Shown here: piece after piece, positions 15,001 through 27,378 of the stretch
How the letters are laid out: the number at the start of each line of letters is the position of its first letter
How positions within the stretch are numbered: the stretch's first letter is position 1
Origin: Eukaryota sp. GEM-RC1
Lineage: Eukaryota
Reading direction: 5' to 3'
Assembly: GCA_040285855.1 (NCBI GenBank)
Contig: JAUFOQ010000004.1
Location: forward strand, 2,666,001 to 2,730,000
DNA: 64,000 nt
The notes under the pieces: model-generated
What the model was told of the DNA's origin: nothing
Databases searched by the model: none
The model's input: the letters and a program-made list of their open reading frames with translations, nothing else
Made by a program: the position numbers and the translations under genes

Positions 15001-18000
15001 AATTACCAGTAAAATCATTTGAATTAGTAAGGATCAATTGACCGTCAATGACAGATAGACAACCAGTTAAATCTAGGTAATTTTCAACTTCAAGTGATCC
15101 TCCGTTGATGATTTGGGTAGTCCCAGAAATTTTAAAATTTGAATCAGAATCGTCCGAAACTAGAATACAACCACTAATATCCAGATGACCAGAAACTTCT
15201 AAGCTTGAAGACTCCAATTCAAAAACGAGTGTTGAAAAATCAGCAGTAAAATAAGAAGATCCAGAAAAGATTAAATCATGATTGTTGGAGATGGAAACCG
15301 TATTTGACACATCATTTTTCACATAGCAACGATCAACACAATTAGTAAACGCATCACCACTAAATTCAGAGTCAGAAATGGAAAGCCAGTCAGCAGAAAT
15401 GTTACCAGATCCCAGTCGTTTTGAATCAATCAAAGTCAGATTATTGAAGAATATTTCAAAAGAACGTGACTCTAAAGTAGATCCCTGCAAAACGAAAACA
15501 TCCAAAATGGTACTTTCAGAAGATTCTTGAAGATGAAAATCAAGATGACAATTAGTAGAAGTAAAATTATTAACATTCAATGAAAACGTATCTATAAACG
15601 AAACCGAATTACCACCAGAAGAATTAAGAACAAGAATTTCTGGAAAATAAAAGTGTCCCCCAGTAAGTGAAAATTCACCGTCAACAAGCATAATAGATGG
15701 AATTTCAATTAAAACAAGATGATTCAAATAATTAAGCTCTATTATGCCAGAATCTACTTCCAAAAGAAGTGTCAAGTTTAAAGTCAGTATCTGCGATGTT
15801 CAGAAATGCCGAATTAGAGAGATACACAAATGGAGTATCAATTATTGAGTTCTCTACAAATTTAAATTCTCCTTTGGAATGATTAAAATATTCAACTCCA
15901 ATGAAAGTTCCCTTAATAGTTACAACAGGGTCAGAGTGTAAGAATTCCAAATTATTGGGATGTAATGCAAAAGTGGAATCATCCTGAAAGACATAGGAAG
16001 AACCAGAAAAGTTAGCATGTCCAGACTCTAAAATTGATAAATTACCAGTAAAATCATTTGAATTAGTAAGGATCAATTGACCGTCAATGACAGATAGACA
16101 ACCAGTTAAATCTAGGTAATTTTCAACTTCAAGTGATCCTCCGTTGATGATTTGGGTAGTCCCAGAAATTTTAAAATTTGAATCAGAATCGTCCGAAACT
16201 AGAATACAACCACTAATATCCAGATGACCAGAAACTTCTAAGCTTGAAGACTCCAATTCAAAAACGAGTGTTGAAAAATCAGCAGTAAAATAAGAAGATC
16301 CAGAAAAGATTAAATCATGATTGTTGGAGATGGAAACCGTATTTGATACATCATTTTTCACATAGCAACGACCAACACAATTAGTAAACGCATCACCACT
16401 AAATTCAGAGTCAGAAATGGAAAGCCAGTCAGCAGAAATGTTACCAGATCCCAGTCGTTTTGAATCAATCAAAGTCAGATTATTGAAGAATATTTCAAAA
16501 GAACGTGACTCTAAAGTAGATCCCTGTAAAACGAAAACATCCAAAATGGTACTTTCAGAAGATTCTTGAAGATGAAAATCAAGATGACAATTAGTAGAAG
16601 TAAAATTATTAACATTCAATGAAAACGTATCTATAAACGAAACCGAATTACCACCAGAAGAATTAAGAACAAGAATTTCTGGAAAATAAAAGTGTCCCCC
16701 AGTAAGTGAAAATTCACCGTCAACAAGCATAATAGATGGAATTTCAATTAAAACAAGATGATTCAAATAATTAAGTTCTATTATACCAGAATCTACTTCA
16801 AAACTAGTGTCAAGTTTAAAGTCAGTATCTGAGATGTTCAGAAATGCCGAATTAGAGAGATAAACAAATGGAGTATCAATTATTGAGTTCTCTACAAATT
16901 TAAATTCTCCTTTGGAATGATTAAAATATTCAACTCCAATGAAAGTTCCCTTAATAGTAACAACAGGGTCAGAGTGTAACAATTCCAAATTATTGGGATG
17001 TAATACAAAAGTGGAATCATCGTGAAAGACATAGGAAGAACCAGAAAAGTTAGCATGTCCAGACTCTAAAATTGATAAATTACCAGTAAAATCATTTGAA
17101 TTAGTAAGGATCAATTGACCGTCAATGACAGATAGACAACCAGTTAAATCTAGGTAATTTTCAACTTCAAGTGATCCTCCGTTGATGATTTGGGTAGTCC
17201 CAGAAATTTTAAAATTTGAATCAGAATCGTCCGAAACTAGAATACAACCACTAATATCCAGATGACCAGAAACTTCTAAGCTTGAAGACTCCAATTCAAA
17301 AACGAGTGTTGAAAAATCAGCAGTAAAATAAGAAGATCCAGAAAAGATTAAATCATGATTGTTGGAGATGGAAACCGTATTTGATACATCATTTTTCACA
17401 TAGCAACGACCAACACAATTAGTAAATGCATCACCACTGAATTCAGAGTCAGAAATGGAAAGCCAGTCAGCAGAAATGTTACCAGATCCCAGTCGTTTTG
17501 AATCAATCAAAGTCAGATTATTGAAGAATATTTCAAAAGAACGTGACTCTAAAGTAGATCCCTGTAAAACGAAAACATCCAAAATGGTACTTTCAGAAGA
17601 TTCTTGAAGATGAAAATCAAGATGACAATTAGTAGAAGTAAAATTATTAACATTCAATGAAAACGTATCTATAAACGAAACCGAATTACCACCAGAAGAA
17701 TTAAGAACAAGAATTTCTGGAAAATAAAAGTGTCCCCCAGTAAGTGAAAATTCACCGTCAACAAGCATAATAGATGGAATTTCAATTAAAACAAGATGAT
17801 TCAAATATTTAAGCTCTATTATGCCAGAATCTACTTCAAAAGTAGTGTCAAGTTTAAAGTCAGTATCTGAGATGTTCAGAAATGCCGAATTAGTGAGATA
17901 GACAAATGGAGTATCAAATATTGAGTTCTCTACAAATTTAAATTCTCCTTTGGAATGATTAAAATATTCAACCCCAATGAAACTTCCCTTAATAGTTACA

Positions 18001-21000
18001 ACAGGGTCAGAGTGTAACAATTGCAAATTATTGGGATGTAATACAAAAGTGGAATCATCGTGAAAGACATAGGAAGAACCAGAAAAGTTAGCATGTCCAG
18101 ACTCTAAAATTGATAAATTACCAGTAAAATCATTTGAATTAGTAAAAATCAATTGACCGTCAATGACAGATAGACAACCAGTTAAATCTAGGTAATTTTC
18201 AACTTCAAGTGATCCTCCGTTGATGATTTGGGTAGTCCCAGAAATTTTAAAATTTGAATCAGAATCGTCCGAAACTAGAATACAACCACTAATATCCAGA
18301 TGACCAGAAACTTCTAAGCTTGAAGACTCCAATTCAAAAACGAGTGTTGAAAAATCAGCAGTAAAATAAGAAGATCCAGAAAAGATTAAATCATGATTGT
18401 TGGAGATGGAAACCGTATTTGATACATCATTTTTCACATAGCAACGACCAACACAATTAGTAAACGCATCACCACTAAATTCAGAGTCAGAAATGGAAAG
18501 CCAGTCAGCAGAAATGTTACCAGATCCCAGTCGTTTTGAATCAATCAAAGTCAGATTATTGAAAAATATTTCAAAAGAACGTGACTCTAAAGTAGAACCC
18601 TGCAAAATGAAAACATCCAAAATGGCACTTTCAGAAGATTCTTGAAGATGAAAATCAAGATGACAATTAGCAGAAGTAAAATTATTAACATTCAATGAAA
18701 ACGTATCTATAAACAAAACCGAATTACCACCAGAAGAATTAAGAACAAGAATTTCTGGAAAATAAAAGTGTCCCCCAGTAAGTGAAAATTCACCGTCAAC
18801 AAGCATAATAGATGGAATTTCAATTAAAACAAGATGATTCAAATAATTAAGCTCTATTATGCCAGAATCTACTTCAAAAGAAGTGTCAAGTTTAAAGTCA
18901 GTATCTGCGATGTTCAGAAATGCCGAATTAGAGAGATACACAAATGGAGTATCAATTATTGAGTTCTCTACAAATTTAAATTCTCCTTTGGAATGATTAA
19001 AATATTCAACTCCAATGAAAGTTCCCTTAATAGTTACAACAGGGTCAGAGTGTAACAATTCCAAATTATTGGGATGTAATACAAAAGTGGAATCATCGTG
19101 AAAGACATAGGAAGAACCACAAAAGTTAGCATGTCCAGACTCTAAAATTGATAAATTACCCGTAAAATCGTTTGAATTAGTAAGAATCAATTGACCGTCA
19201 ATGACAGATAGACAACCAGTTAGATCTAGGTAATTTTCAACTTCAAGTGATCCTCCGTTGATGATTTGGGTAGTTCCAGAAATTTTAAAAATGGAATCAG
19301 AATCGCCCAAAACTAGAATACAACCACTAATATCCAGATGACCAGAAACTTCTAAGCTTGAAGACTCCAATTCAAAAACGAGTGTTGAAAAATCAGCAGT
19401 AAAATAAGAAGATCCAGAAAAGATTAAATCATGATTGTTGGAGATGGAAACCGTATTTGATACATCATTTTTCACATAGCAACGACCAACACAATTAGTA
19501 AACGCACCACCACTAAATTCAGAGTCAGAAATGGAAAGCCAGTCAGCAGAAATGTTACCAGATCCCAGTCGTTTTGAATCAATCAAAGTCAGATTATTGA
19601 AGAATATTTCAAAAGAACGTGACTCTAAAGTAGATCCCTGTAAAACGAAAACATCCAAAATGGTACTTTCAGAAGATTCTTGAAGATGAAAATCAAGATG
19701 ACAATTAGTAGAAGTAAAATTATTAACATTCAATGAAAACGTATCTATAAACGAAACCGAATTACCACCAGAAGAATTAAGAACAAGAATTTCTGGAAAA
19801 TAAAAGTGTCCCCCAGTAAGTGAAAATTCACCGTCAACAAGCATAATAGATGGAATTTCAATTAAAACAAGATGATTCAAATAATTAAGCTCTATTATGC
19901 CAGAATCTACTTCAAAAGAAGTGTCAAGTTTAAAGTCAGTATCTGCGATGTTCAGAAATGCCGAATTAGAGAGATACACAAATGGAGTATCAATTATTGA
20001 GTTCTCTACAAATTTAAATTCTCCTTTGGAATGATTAAAATATTCAACTCCAATGAAAGTTCCCTTAATAGTTACAACAGGGTCAGAGTGTAACAATTCC
20101 AAATTATTGGGATGTAATACAAAAGTGGAATCATCGTGAAAGACATAGGAAGAACCACAAAAGTTAGCATGTCCAGACTCTAAAATTGATAAATTACCCG
20201 TAAAATCGTTTGAATTAGTAAGAATCAATTGACCGTCAATGACAGATAGACAACCAGTTAGATCTAGGTAATTTTCAACTTCAAGTGATCCTCCGTTGAT
20301 GATTTGGGTAGTTCCAGAAATTTTAAAAATGGAATCAGAATCGCCCAAAACTAGAATACAACCACTAATATCCAGATGACCAGAAACTTCTAAGCTTGAA
20401 GACTCCAATTCAAAAACGAGTGTTGAAAAATCAGCAGTAAAATAAGAAGATCCAGAAAAGATTAAATCATGATTGTTGGAGATGCAAACCGTATTTGACA
20501 CATCATTTTTCACATAGCAACGACCAAAACAATTAGTAAATGCATCACCACTAAATTCAGAGTCAGAAATGGAAAGCCAGTCAGCAGAAATGTTACCAGA
20601 TCCCAGTCGTTTTGAATCAATCAAAGTCAGATTATTGAAAAATATTTCAAAAGAACGCGACTCTAAAGTAGATCCCTGCAAAACGAAAACATCCAAAATG
20701 GTACTTTCAGAAGATTCTTGAAGATGAAAATCAAGATGACAATTAGTAGAAGTAAAATTATTAACATTCAATGAAAATGTATCTATAAACGAAACCGAGT
20801 TACCACCAGAAGAATTCAGAACAATAATTTCTGGAAAGAAAAGTGTCCCCCAGTAAGTGAAAATTCACCGTCAACAAGCATAATAGATGGAATTTCAATT
20901 AAAACAAGATGATTCAAATATTTAAGCTCTATTATGCCAGAATCTACTTCAAAAGTAGTGTCAAGTTTAAAGTCAGTATCTGCGATGTTCAGAAATGCCG

Positions 21001-21470
21001 AATTAGAGAGATAGACAAATGGAGTATCAATTATTGAGTTCTCTACAAATTTAAATTCTCCTTTGGAATGATTAAAATATTCAACTCCAATGAAAGTTCC
21101 CTTAATAGTTACAACAGGGTCAGAGTGTAACAATTCCAAATTATTGGGATGTAATACAAAAGTGGAATCATCGTGAAAGACATAGGAAGAACCACAAAAG
21201 TTAGCATGTCCAGACTCTAAAATTGATAAATTACCAGTAAAATCGTTTGAATTAGTAAGAATCAATTGACCGTCAATGACAGATAGACAACCAGTTAGAT
21301 CTAGGTAATTTTCAACTTCAAGTGATCCTCCGTTGATAATTTGGGTAGTTCCAGAAATTTTAAAAATGGAATCAGAATCGCCCAAAACTAGAATACAACC
21401 ACTAATATCCAGATGACCAGAAACTTCTAAGCTTGAAGATTCCAATTCAAAAACGAGTGTTGAAAAATCA
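1..21470. repeat. Coding tandem array, 1038-bp unit, about 20.7 copies in window
   Basis: aagtaaaattattaacattcaatg at 1 recurs at 1039 and onward with about 1037-1038 bp period. Similarity ends near 21470 (gaaaaatcag|aactgg). Confidence 0.97.
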
Positions 21471-24147
21471 GAACTGGAAATTTCAAATTGCGAAGTGAAA
21501 ATTTTAAAACAATAGGATGAAAACGTGGATGAACATACAGTAAAACGGGAATCAAAAACAACTCCATCAGAAAGCACATTCAATGATTGAAAAGTAGAGT
21601 TATTGACAAAAACAGAGGAATTTGAAATGAGAAAAGATCTGGCAGATGAAGTAGTTACAAAAACATTTGAGAGAACAAAAACTGAATCATCAATCTCAAA
21701 CAAAGTCTCTCCCATTCCGTCAATCATCACGTCACCAAGACCAATCACTTCCCAGTCAACATCCATTACCTTCCCCAATCCTTGATTAAAAGAATAATTT
21801 CCCTCATGGAAATAAACCTTCCCTTTTCTTCCCATTCTTTCTAAAACTCCTTTAAAAGAAGCGCAAGGGGTGTTAAGAGAACCACAACAAGGATCATCAA
21901 AACCAGTAGTAGAGATATATGAGACTTGATCTAAATGAGCAATATACTCGTCAAATGATCCTAGTACTGAAGTTGAAGTGTAAAGAAGTTTAAAAATTGG
22001 AGAACACGTACTCTTGATTGACGTAAATTCCCCAATAAGATTAGAAGAATCTACAAGTAGAAACTCATGACCACTCCAATACTTGAAAGGATCAAAGTCT
22101 ACTTCCAAGGTTCCATCTAAATAAACAGTTGAACCAACAATTACCTTAGTAGAAGTATTGGTGTCAACAATTTGAATAGAAATAGTAGAAGAAATTGAAA
22201 GAACAAGGTCATTCTCAAAAACAATTAAAGGTAAAGGTATGATTTTACCTGAGTGTGAAGTGTAATCAAAAATTACTCCAGAACCACTTAAAGTTTGAGA
22301 ATTTAATAATTCAAAATCTTGATTCAAATTAACATCGGATTCTGAAAGAATGACATCCAAAGTAGGAGAAAATGAAACAAAAGAGAAGGTAACTTCATTT
22401 CTCATCAACACATCAGAATGACAATTGAAAGACCCAGCAGAAGACTGAAACTCTGAAACAGACACGTCATCAAAAATCACGTGACTGAAGAAATCAAAAG
22501 AATCGGATAAGTGAACTTTTCCAGAAACTGAAGAAGTAATGACAGATTCTTGAACAATAAAAGAGGAAGAAAAATTTCCAGAATCGATTTCAAAAACGAA
22601 TCAATTGCCAAAGCAGAATTTCCAAGTAATTGACAATGAATACAAACAAAGTGACCAACAGAAACTTCAAGATCAGACAATGATTCAAAACATGAGTAGG
22701 ATAAATCTAAGACTAAAAAATCGGAGAAATTAAAGTCATTTTGAAACTTGGAATTCACGGCTTTCAACCTAAGAATTGATGTAGAAATCTCTACTGAATC
22801 ATCATAATATAGCTCACTTGAACTTAAAGTTAGAGATAAATCATTTGAAAGAATTTTTGAACCATCAGTTAAACTGAACAAAGAGTATGCTCCAATTTCT
22901 AGATTTTTTAAATTATTCAAAGTAACATCACTTGTCTGAAGAATTGAAGAACTTAAATGAATTGATCCCAGGTCATAAATGTAATTATCCGAGGACAATA
23001 TCGCTTTTGAATTGATAAGAGAGAGTTTCCCCTTACCACGTATACCAAATGGAGGATTGTAATCCAATTGACGAATCTCAGTAAGTGTTAAAATCCTTTC
23101 GAATATCTGAACAGCACGTATTTTCCCTATGAAAGGATCGTCATAATTATCGATATTTGTGAGAGGGAAATATGAAACAGGACCACTAGTACAACTGTAA
23201 GCAGAGCTAGCAGAATGAGTCCAACGATGAATTCCATTGATATACACAGATGCATGTGATTGAGTAGTGGTTATGACCAAGTTGAACCAACTCTGAAGAG
23301 GTGGGGAGATCTTCGTTGTACCACTACCCCAGCCAATTTCAATGTGATCGAACCAAAATCTGCAAGGCTGTTGATAGGCTCCGAATCCCATGCCTCCACG
23401 TTCGAAATTCATCCAAAGGGAAATGGTTCTGTCTCTCCAACCGAATTGTCCAAGAAGATTTGGAATGTGCAGAACATTTCCAGGTTTTACGTCCAGATAA
23501 CCCCCCGAATCGTCACTTTTCCACTGAGGTCCAATTATCTCAATTGCAGTAGAATCATGCCTCCCAGAGAAGTCGACAGTGTTGAAGGAGGAAGACCAAC
23601 TGTAATGAAGGAAAAGATTTGGAATTATATCGCCACGTGATTCACGTGATTCAAGTACAACATCGGTTACATCGACAAACTTCAGTTCACTTAAGTCATC
23701 GAGATCAATAATACCACCAATGCAATCATAGAGTCCACTGACTATCAATTTATGAGCGATAAGCACTGTGTGACCAACTTGCAACACAAGAGAATCAACT
23801 GTAGTAAAAGAGGAGGTAGAAGAAGGAGCTGTGTGTAAAGTACCACCTGTAAGGACAAGAGCATCAGAAATGGTCAGAGTTGAATCGGACTCGAAGAGAA
23901 GAGCGAAGTTGGACGCTAAAGTTAGAGAAGATATCACGACATTAGAGCTAACAGTAATAGTGATAGGAAGAGATTGAGGTGTGAGAACAACAGAAGAAGA
24001 TGGTGAGGGAACGTGATCAGAGTCCCAGTTACTACTTACCGACCAGAGACCATCAGTTGCAGAGTTCCAATGATGTACAGAGCCTGAAACACTGAAACAT
24101 AACAGAAGGATGATGAGTATCATCAAGAAAACACGCAGCAGAGACAT
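1..24147 (-). CDS. Giant secreted/surface repeat protein: signal peptide, LamG/ConA-like domain, pectin-lyase/beta-helix-like region, >=20 x 346-aa repeats; 3' end outside window; interrupted by 1-nt indels
   Basis: ATG at 24147 gives MSLLRVFLMILIILLLCFSVSG (hydrophobic signal peptide). LamG-like motifs: ISLWMNF, WFNLVITT..ASVYING, FIGKIRAVQIFERILT. Cap motif: YISTTGFDDPCCGSLNTPCASF..VYFHEGNY. ORFs 22477-24219, 20816-22480, 15732-20771 and those further left join after single-base shifts (e.g. A-run near 22592). Confidence 0.85.
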
Positions 24148-24668
24148 GTTTAGACACGGACTTTGTGTCTTTTCAAAAACACGCAAAAAGAGACCACGAG
24201 GGGACGTGTTTTTCTGCAAACAACCTAGACCTACAAAACTTCGAAAGTACCCTTTTATTTCCCTCGATATTGTTTAATTTGAATGTTTTTCTGTATGTGA
24301 TACCAAAATAGACTACAGTGCGATCAAAAAGTGGCAAAAATACTGAACGTATCACGCTCTCAATCACCAATTCAACTCAACAGAACCCCATGATCCAAGA
24401 TTCAGTGATGACATGTCAGGGAAAGGCAAGAATTGGGCCAAAACGACGTTTTAATAATCAAACTCTGCACCAATGACCATGGATTAGAAACTTTTTTGGG
24501 GCTCATTGACATCCTCTGTTTACAAAATCGGGTCACTATTTACAAAACAGGGTCATCAAACCTCTTCCAGCTTTTCTGTATCTACTGGACATCACTGTTC
24601 TCAAACTTCATTCACTCTTCTCTTCAACTACATGCTTTATTGACATAAAAATATATAACTAATATACT

Positions 24669-25256
24669 CTACATGAGAATCCGGTCAAGTGGTGATGGTT
24701 CTCCAACATAGTTGGGGAAATCCCATTCCTCCATCAGTTTTTCCTCGCATTTGGACGGTTTGTTATCATCATCTTCAACAACATCCTCGTTTTCATGCGA
24801 TTCTGATTCACATCCTCCATCTATCTCACTCAAAGAAATCATCAACTTGTCGGATATGTCTTGTTCACATTCTTTACGTGCCTTTTTTTCTTCCATGAAA
24901 ATTAGATCTATAGCGTTTCTTCTTTCTCCTACCAGTTTTCTTTGAATATAAAAGTGGTAATGTTCTCTTCAAGTGTTCCATGTCCTCACTTAATTGTATG
25001 TGATAGAAAACTCCATAGCGATAGACTTCTCGATAGTCGTTAATGGTGAAAAACTCAGAAACATAGGACTTTTGGTACACAGCAAAGTCAGGACAGGAAA
25101 ATCCCAAGCGTTTTCTACATGCAAACATGACAATTTGGCACGATAAGCCTCCATATTAAAGTTATAGTCATATAGGAATGATACAACTAGTAATAACAGG
25201 GATTTGGGGACTTCGAAGAGAACTTGAATTGATTTCAAACAAACATGCAAAAACAC
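24669..25256 (-). mobile_element. Degenerate MULE-like transposase C-terminal remnant
   Basis: Frameshifted pieces give a SWIM-like C..C-RKRLGFSC, then YVSEFFTINDYREVY and KKTGRRKKKRYRS, the usual order at MULE C-termini. No convincing TIR pair. Confidence 0.45.
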
Positions 25257-25619
25257 ATCAAAGACACCGTGTGGACACGAGTGTTAACACCGACGTTGCT
25301 GTAGATATCTACAGGCTAACATCAAGAACAAGTCAACGAAGAATTCATTGCTTTTTTCCTTTACATAAGGAATGACGCGTCCAGATTGGTTGCTGATGGG
25401 TTGGGTGGGTGGCTGGCTAGTTGTTTCAAGCTATCAATGTATGATATCTTTTGTACTAACTGTATGCAAGCAGAGGTTGATACGGGAACCTCACGCTGAA
25501 AAAGGGAAACCCCCAAGTGAGATCTTGCCGAATCATCCATAATGTTTATGTTGTATGCGAGAAGTAGAAGGAAGCTCTATATAGCTGTTTAGGATGGATA
25601 GAAACATCCACTTTTTGAG

Positions 25620-25830
25620 TTATCAAATATGTTGTACAAAAAAATTCTTTGATGCATTTTCAAATTTGTGCCGTGACCATAGGAAAAATTTTAATCAGTC
25701 TATTTGGCGCAATCGCATTGTCTTTTCCTTATATAGAAGTTTTCCAAAGTATTTGAATCGTATTCTGGACAAATTGTATCGTGTTAGTTCAAGAGTAGAT
25801 GTGGATCATTTAATACCTTTTAAGTACTAG
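25620..25830 (+). mobile_element. RLE (CRE-like) LINE 3' fragment
   Basis: FFDAFSNLCRDHRKNFNQSIWRNRIVFSLYRSFPKYL is homologous to the C-terminus of ORF 26734-27255. Confidence 0.75.
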
Positions 25831-25838
25831 TTGTTTGT

Positions 25839-26154
25839 TGATGGAGGGTACAAAAATACATATCATAATAAAATAAAAGCTATGAAACACTAGACACCGA
25901 AAATTCCTGGTCAACAGTACCACAGTCTTTATACAACTTTGTGAAAATTGATTTAAAGAACTTAGGCACCGAACGGAACAAAGAAAAAATCAAACGATTA
26001 TGCCAAATTGATAAATTAAATCTCTTATTCTGAGACTTACACATAGATCCAAAATCAGTTAAAAACTTGGAAGCCATTTCACCAATACTACCGAAAATAG
26101 AAATAGCAAATGGAACAAATACAAATTTTGAATATAAATTTTGATTGAGTTTAG
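25839..26154 (-). mobile_element. 5'-truncated RLE LINE copy with 13-bp TSD
   Basis: Encodes FVFVPFAISIFGSIGE..IWHNRLIFSLFRSVPK. Flanked by actagttgtttgt at 25826-25838 and 26155-26167. Confidence 0.8.
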
Positions 26155-26338
26155 ACTAGTTGTTTGTATTTCGTTAATTTATAACATAAAATTTATACTG
26201 TTGTACAAAACTAATTCGAAACACCAATTTTAAAACATACCTGAAAAATACAGTCTTATTGTACTTTTTGTATTGTATCAAATCGTCCCTTGTATTGTAT
26301 TTTTTTGTATTTTTATAAGTATATATATATATTAGAGT

Positions 26339-26690
26339 CTTATGAAATGTTCAAATCCTACAATTATAGTTGTAAAATTGAACCTCTTCTGAAACATTAT
26401 AGTGACAATAACGTGTTTGATTCTCGGCGTGGTGACTTAATTGCTCCTTTCCTGGATTCATCTCAAGTTGTGGTTGATTTTACTACAGTTGACCCGTTTG
26501 CAAAAGTCTACCAAGACTCCATATTGAATGATTCGAATGGTCATCTGGAACAGGCTGAACAACGAAAGTGTTCAAATTATGCGGATGCTTTGCAGAAGCT
26601 TAATGAAAATCTATATTCAAAGTTTTCATTTGTTCCATTTGCCATTTCAATTTTTGGTAATATTGGTCCAGCTGGTTTTCATCTTTATTT
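26339..26690 (+). mobile_element. RLE LINE internal fragment, inverted copy of 26923-27262
   Basis: Near-identical to the reverse complement of 26923-27262. Flanked by tatattagagt at 26328-26338 and 26691-26701. Confidence 0.8.
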
Positions 26691-26699
26691 TATATTAGA

Positions 26700-27378
26700 G
26701 TTTATTTGCAACAATAAATTAATACATACTAATTCAGAAAATGAAAGAAGTTAAATTCTCCACATCAACACGAGAATTGTCCCTATACAACTTCGAAAAA
26801 ATGGAACATAAATACTTGGGAATGCTTCTATAAAGAGCGAACATAATTCGATTAATCCATACAGCGCTATTAAACACCTTGCCATTAGAACGACATAAAA
26901 GACTAAAATCACTGAAAAACTTTAAACCAGCTGGACCAATATTACCAAAAATTGAAATGGCAAATGGAACAAATGAAAACTTTGAATATAGATTTTCATT
27001 AAGCTTCTGCAAAGCATCCGCATAATTTGAACACTTTCGTTGTTCAGTCTTTTCCAGATGACCATTCGAATCATTCAATATGGAGTCTTGGTAGACCTTT
27101 GCAAACGGGTCAACTGTAGTAAAATCAACCACAACTTGAGATGAATCCAGGAAAGGAGCAATTAAGTCACCACGCCGAGAATCAAACACGTTATTGTCAC
27201 TATAATGTTTCAGAAGAGGTTCAATTTTACAACTATAATTGTAGGATTTGAACATTTCATAAGTAACGTCACGAACAGCGTTATGTAGAACAGATCGAAA
27301 TTGCAGAAATTTCTTGCAACTAACAACATGACGAAACGTGGCTGTAGATCGGTTATCGCAAACACAGATTTTTTTTAT
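26700..27378 (-). mobile_element. RLE LINE 3' portion: CCHC knuckle plus restriction-like endonuclease
   Basis: Reading upstream of the ORF call gives CVCDNRSTATFRHVVSC (C-x-C-x8-H-x3-C), RSVLHNAVRD, then RRGDL, VVVDFTT, EQRK..Y and FVPFAISIFG, the RLE motif order of CRE/R2-group elements. No RT is present. Confidence 0.8.

Noticed and set aside
2143..22480. Array of many separate paralogous genes
   Set aside because: No intergenic DNA, a single signal peptide, and ORF ends coincide with 1-nt indels while the 346-aa phase continues.
24316..25618. TIR pair cagtgcgatcaaaaagtgg / ccactttttga around the MULE remnant
   Set aside because: Only 11 bp match; no terminal match or TSD on the right.
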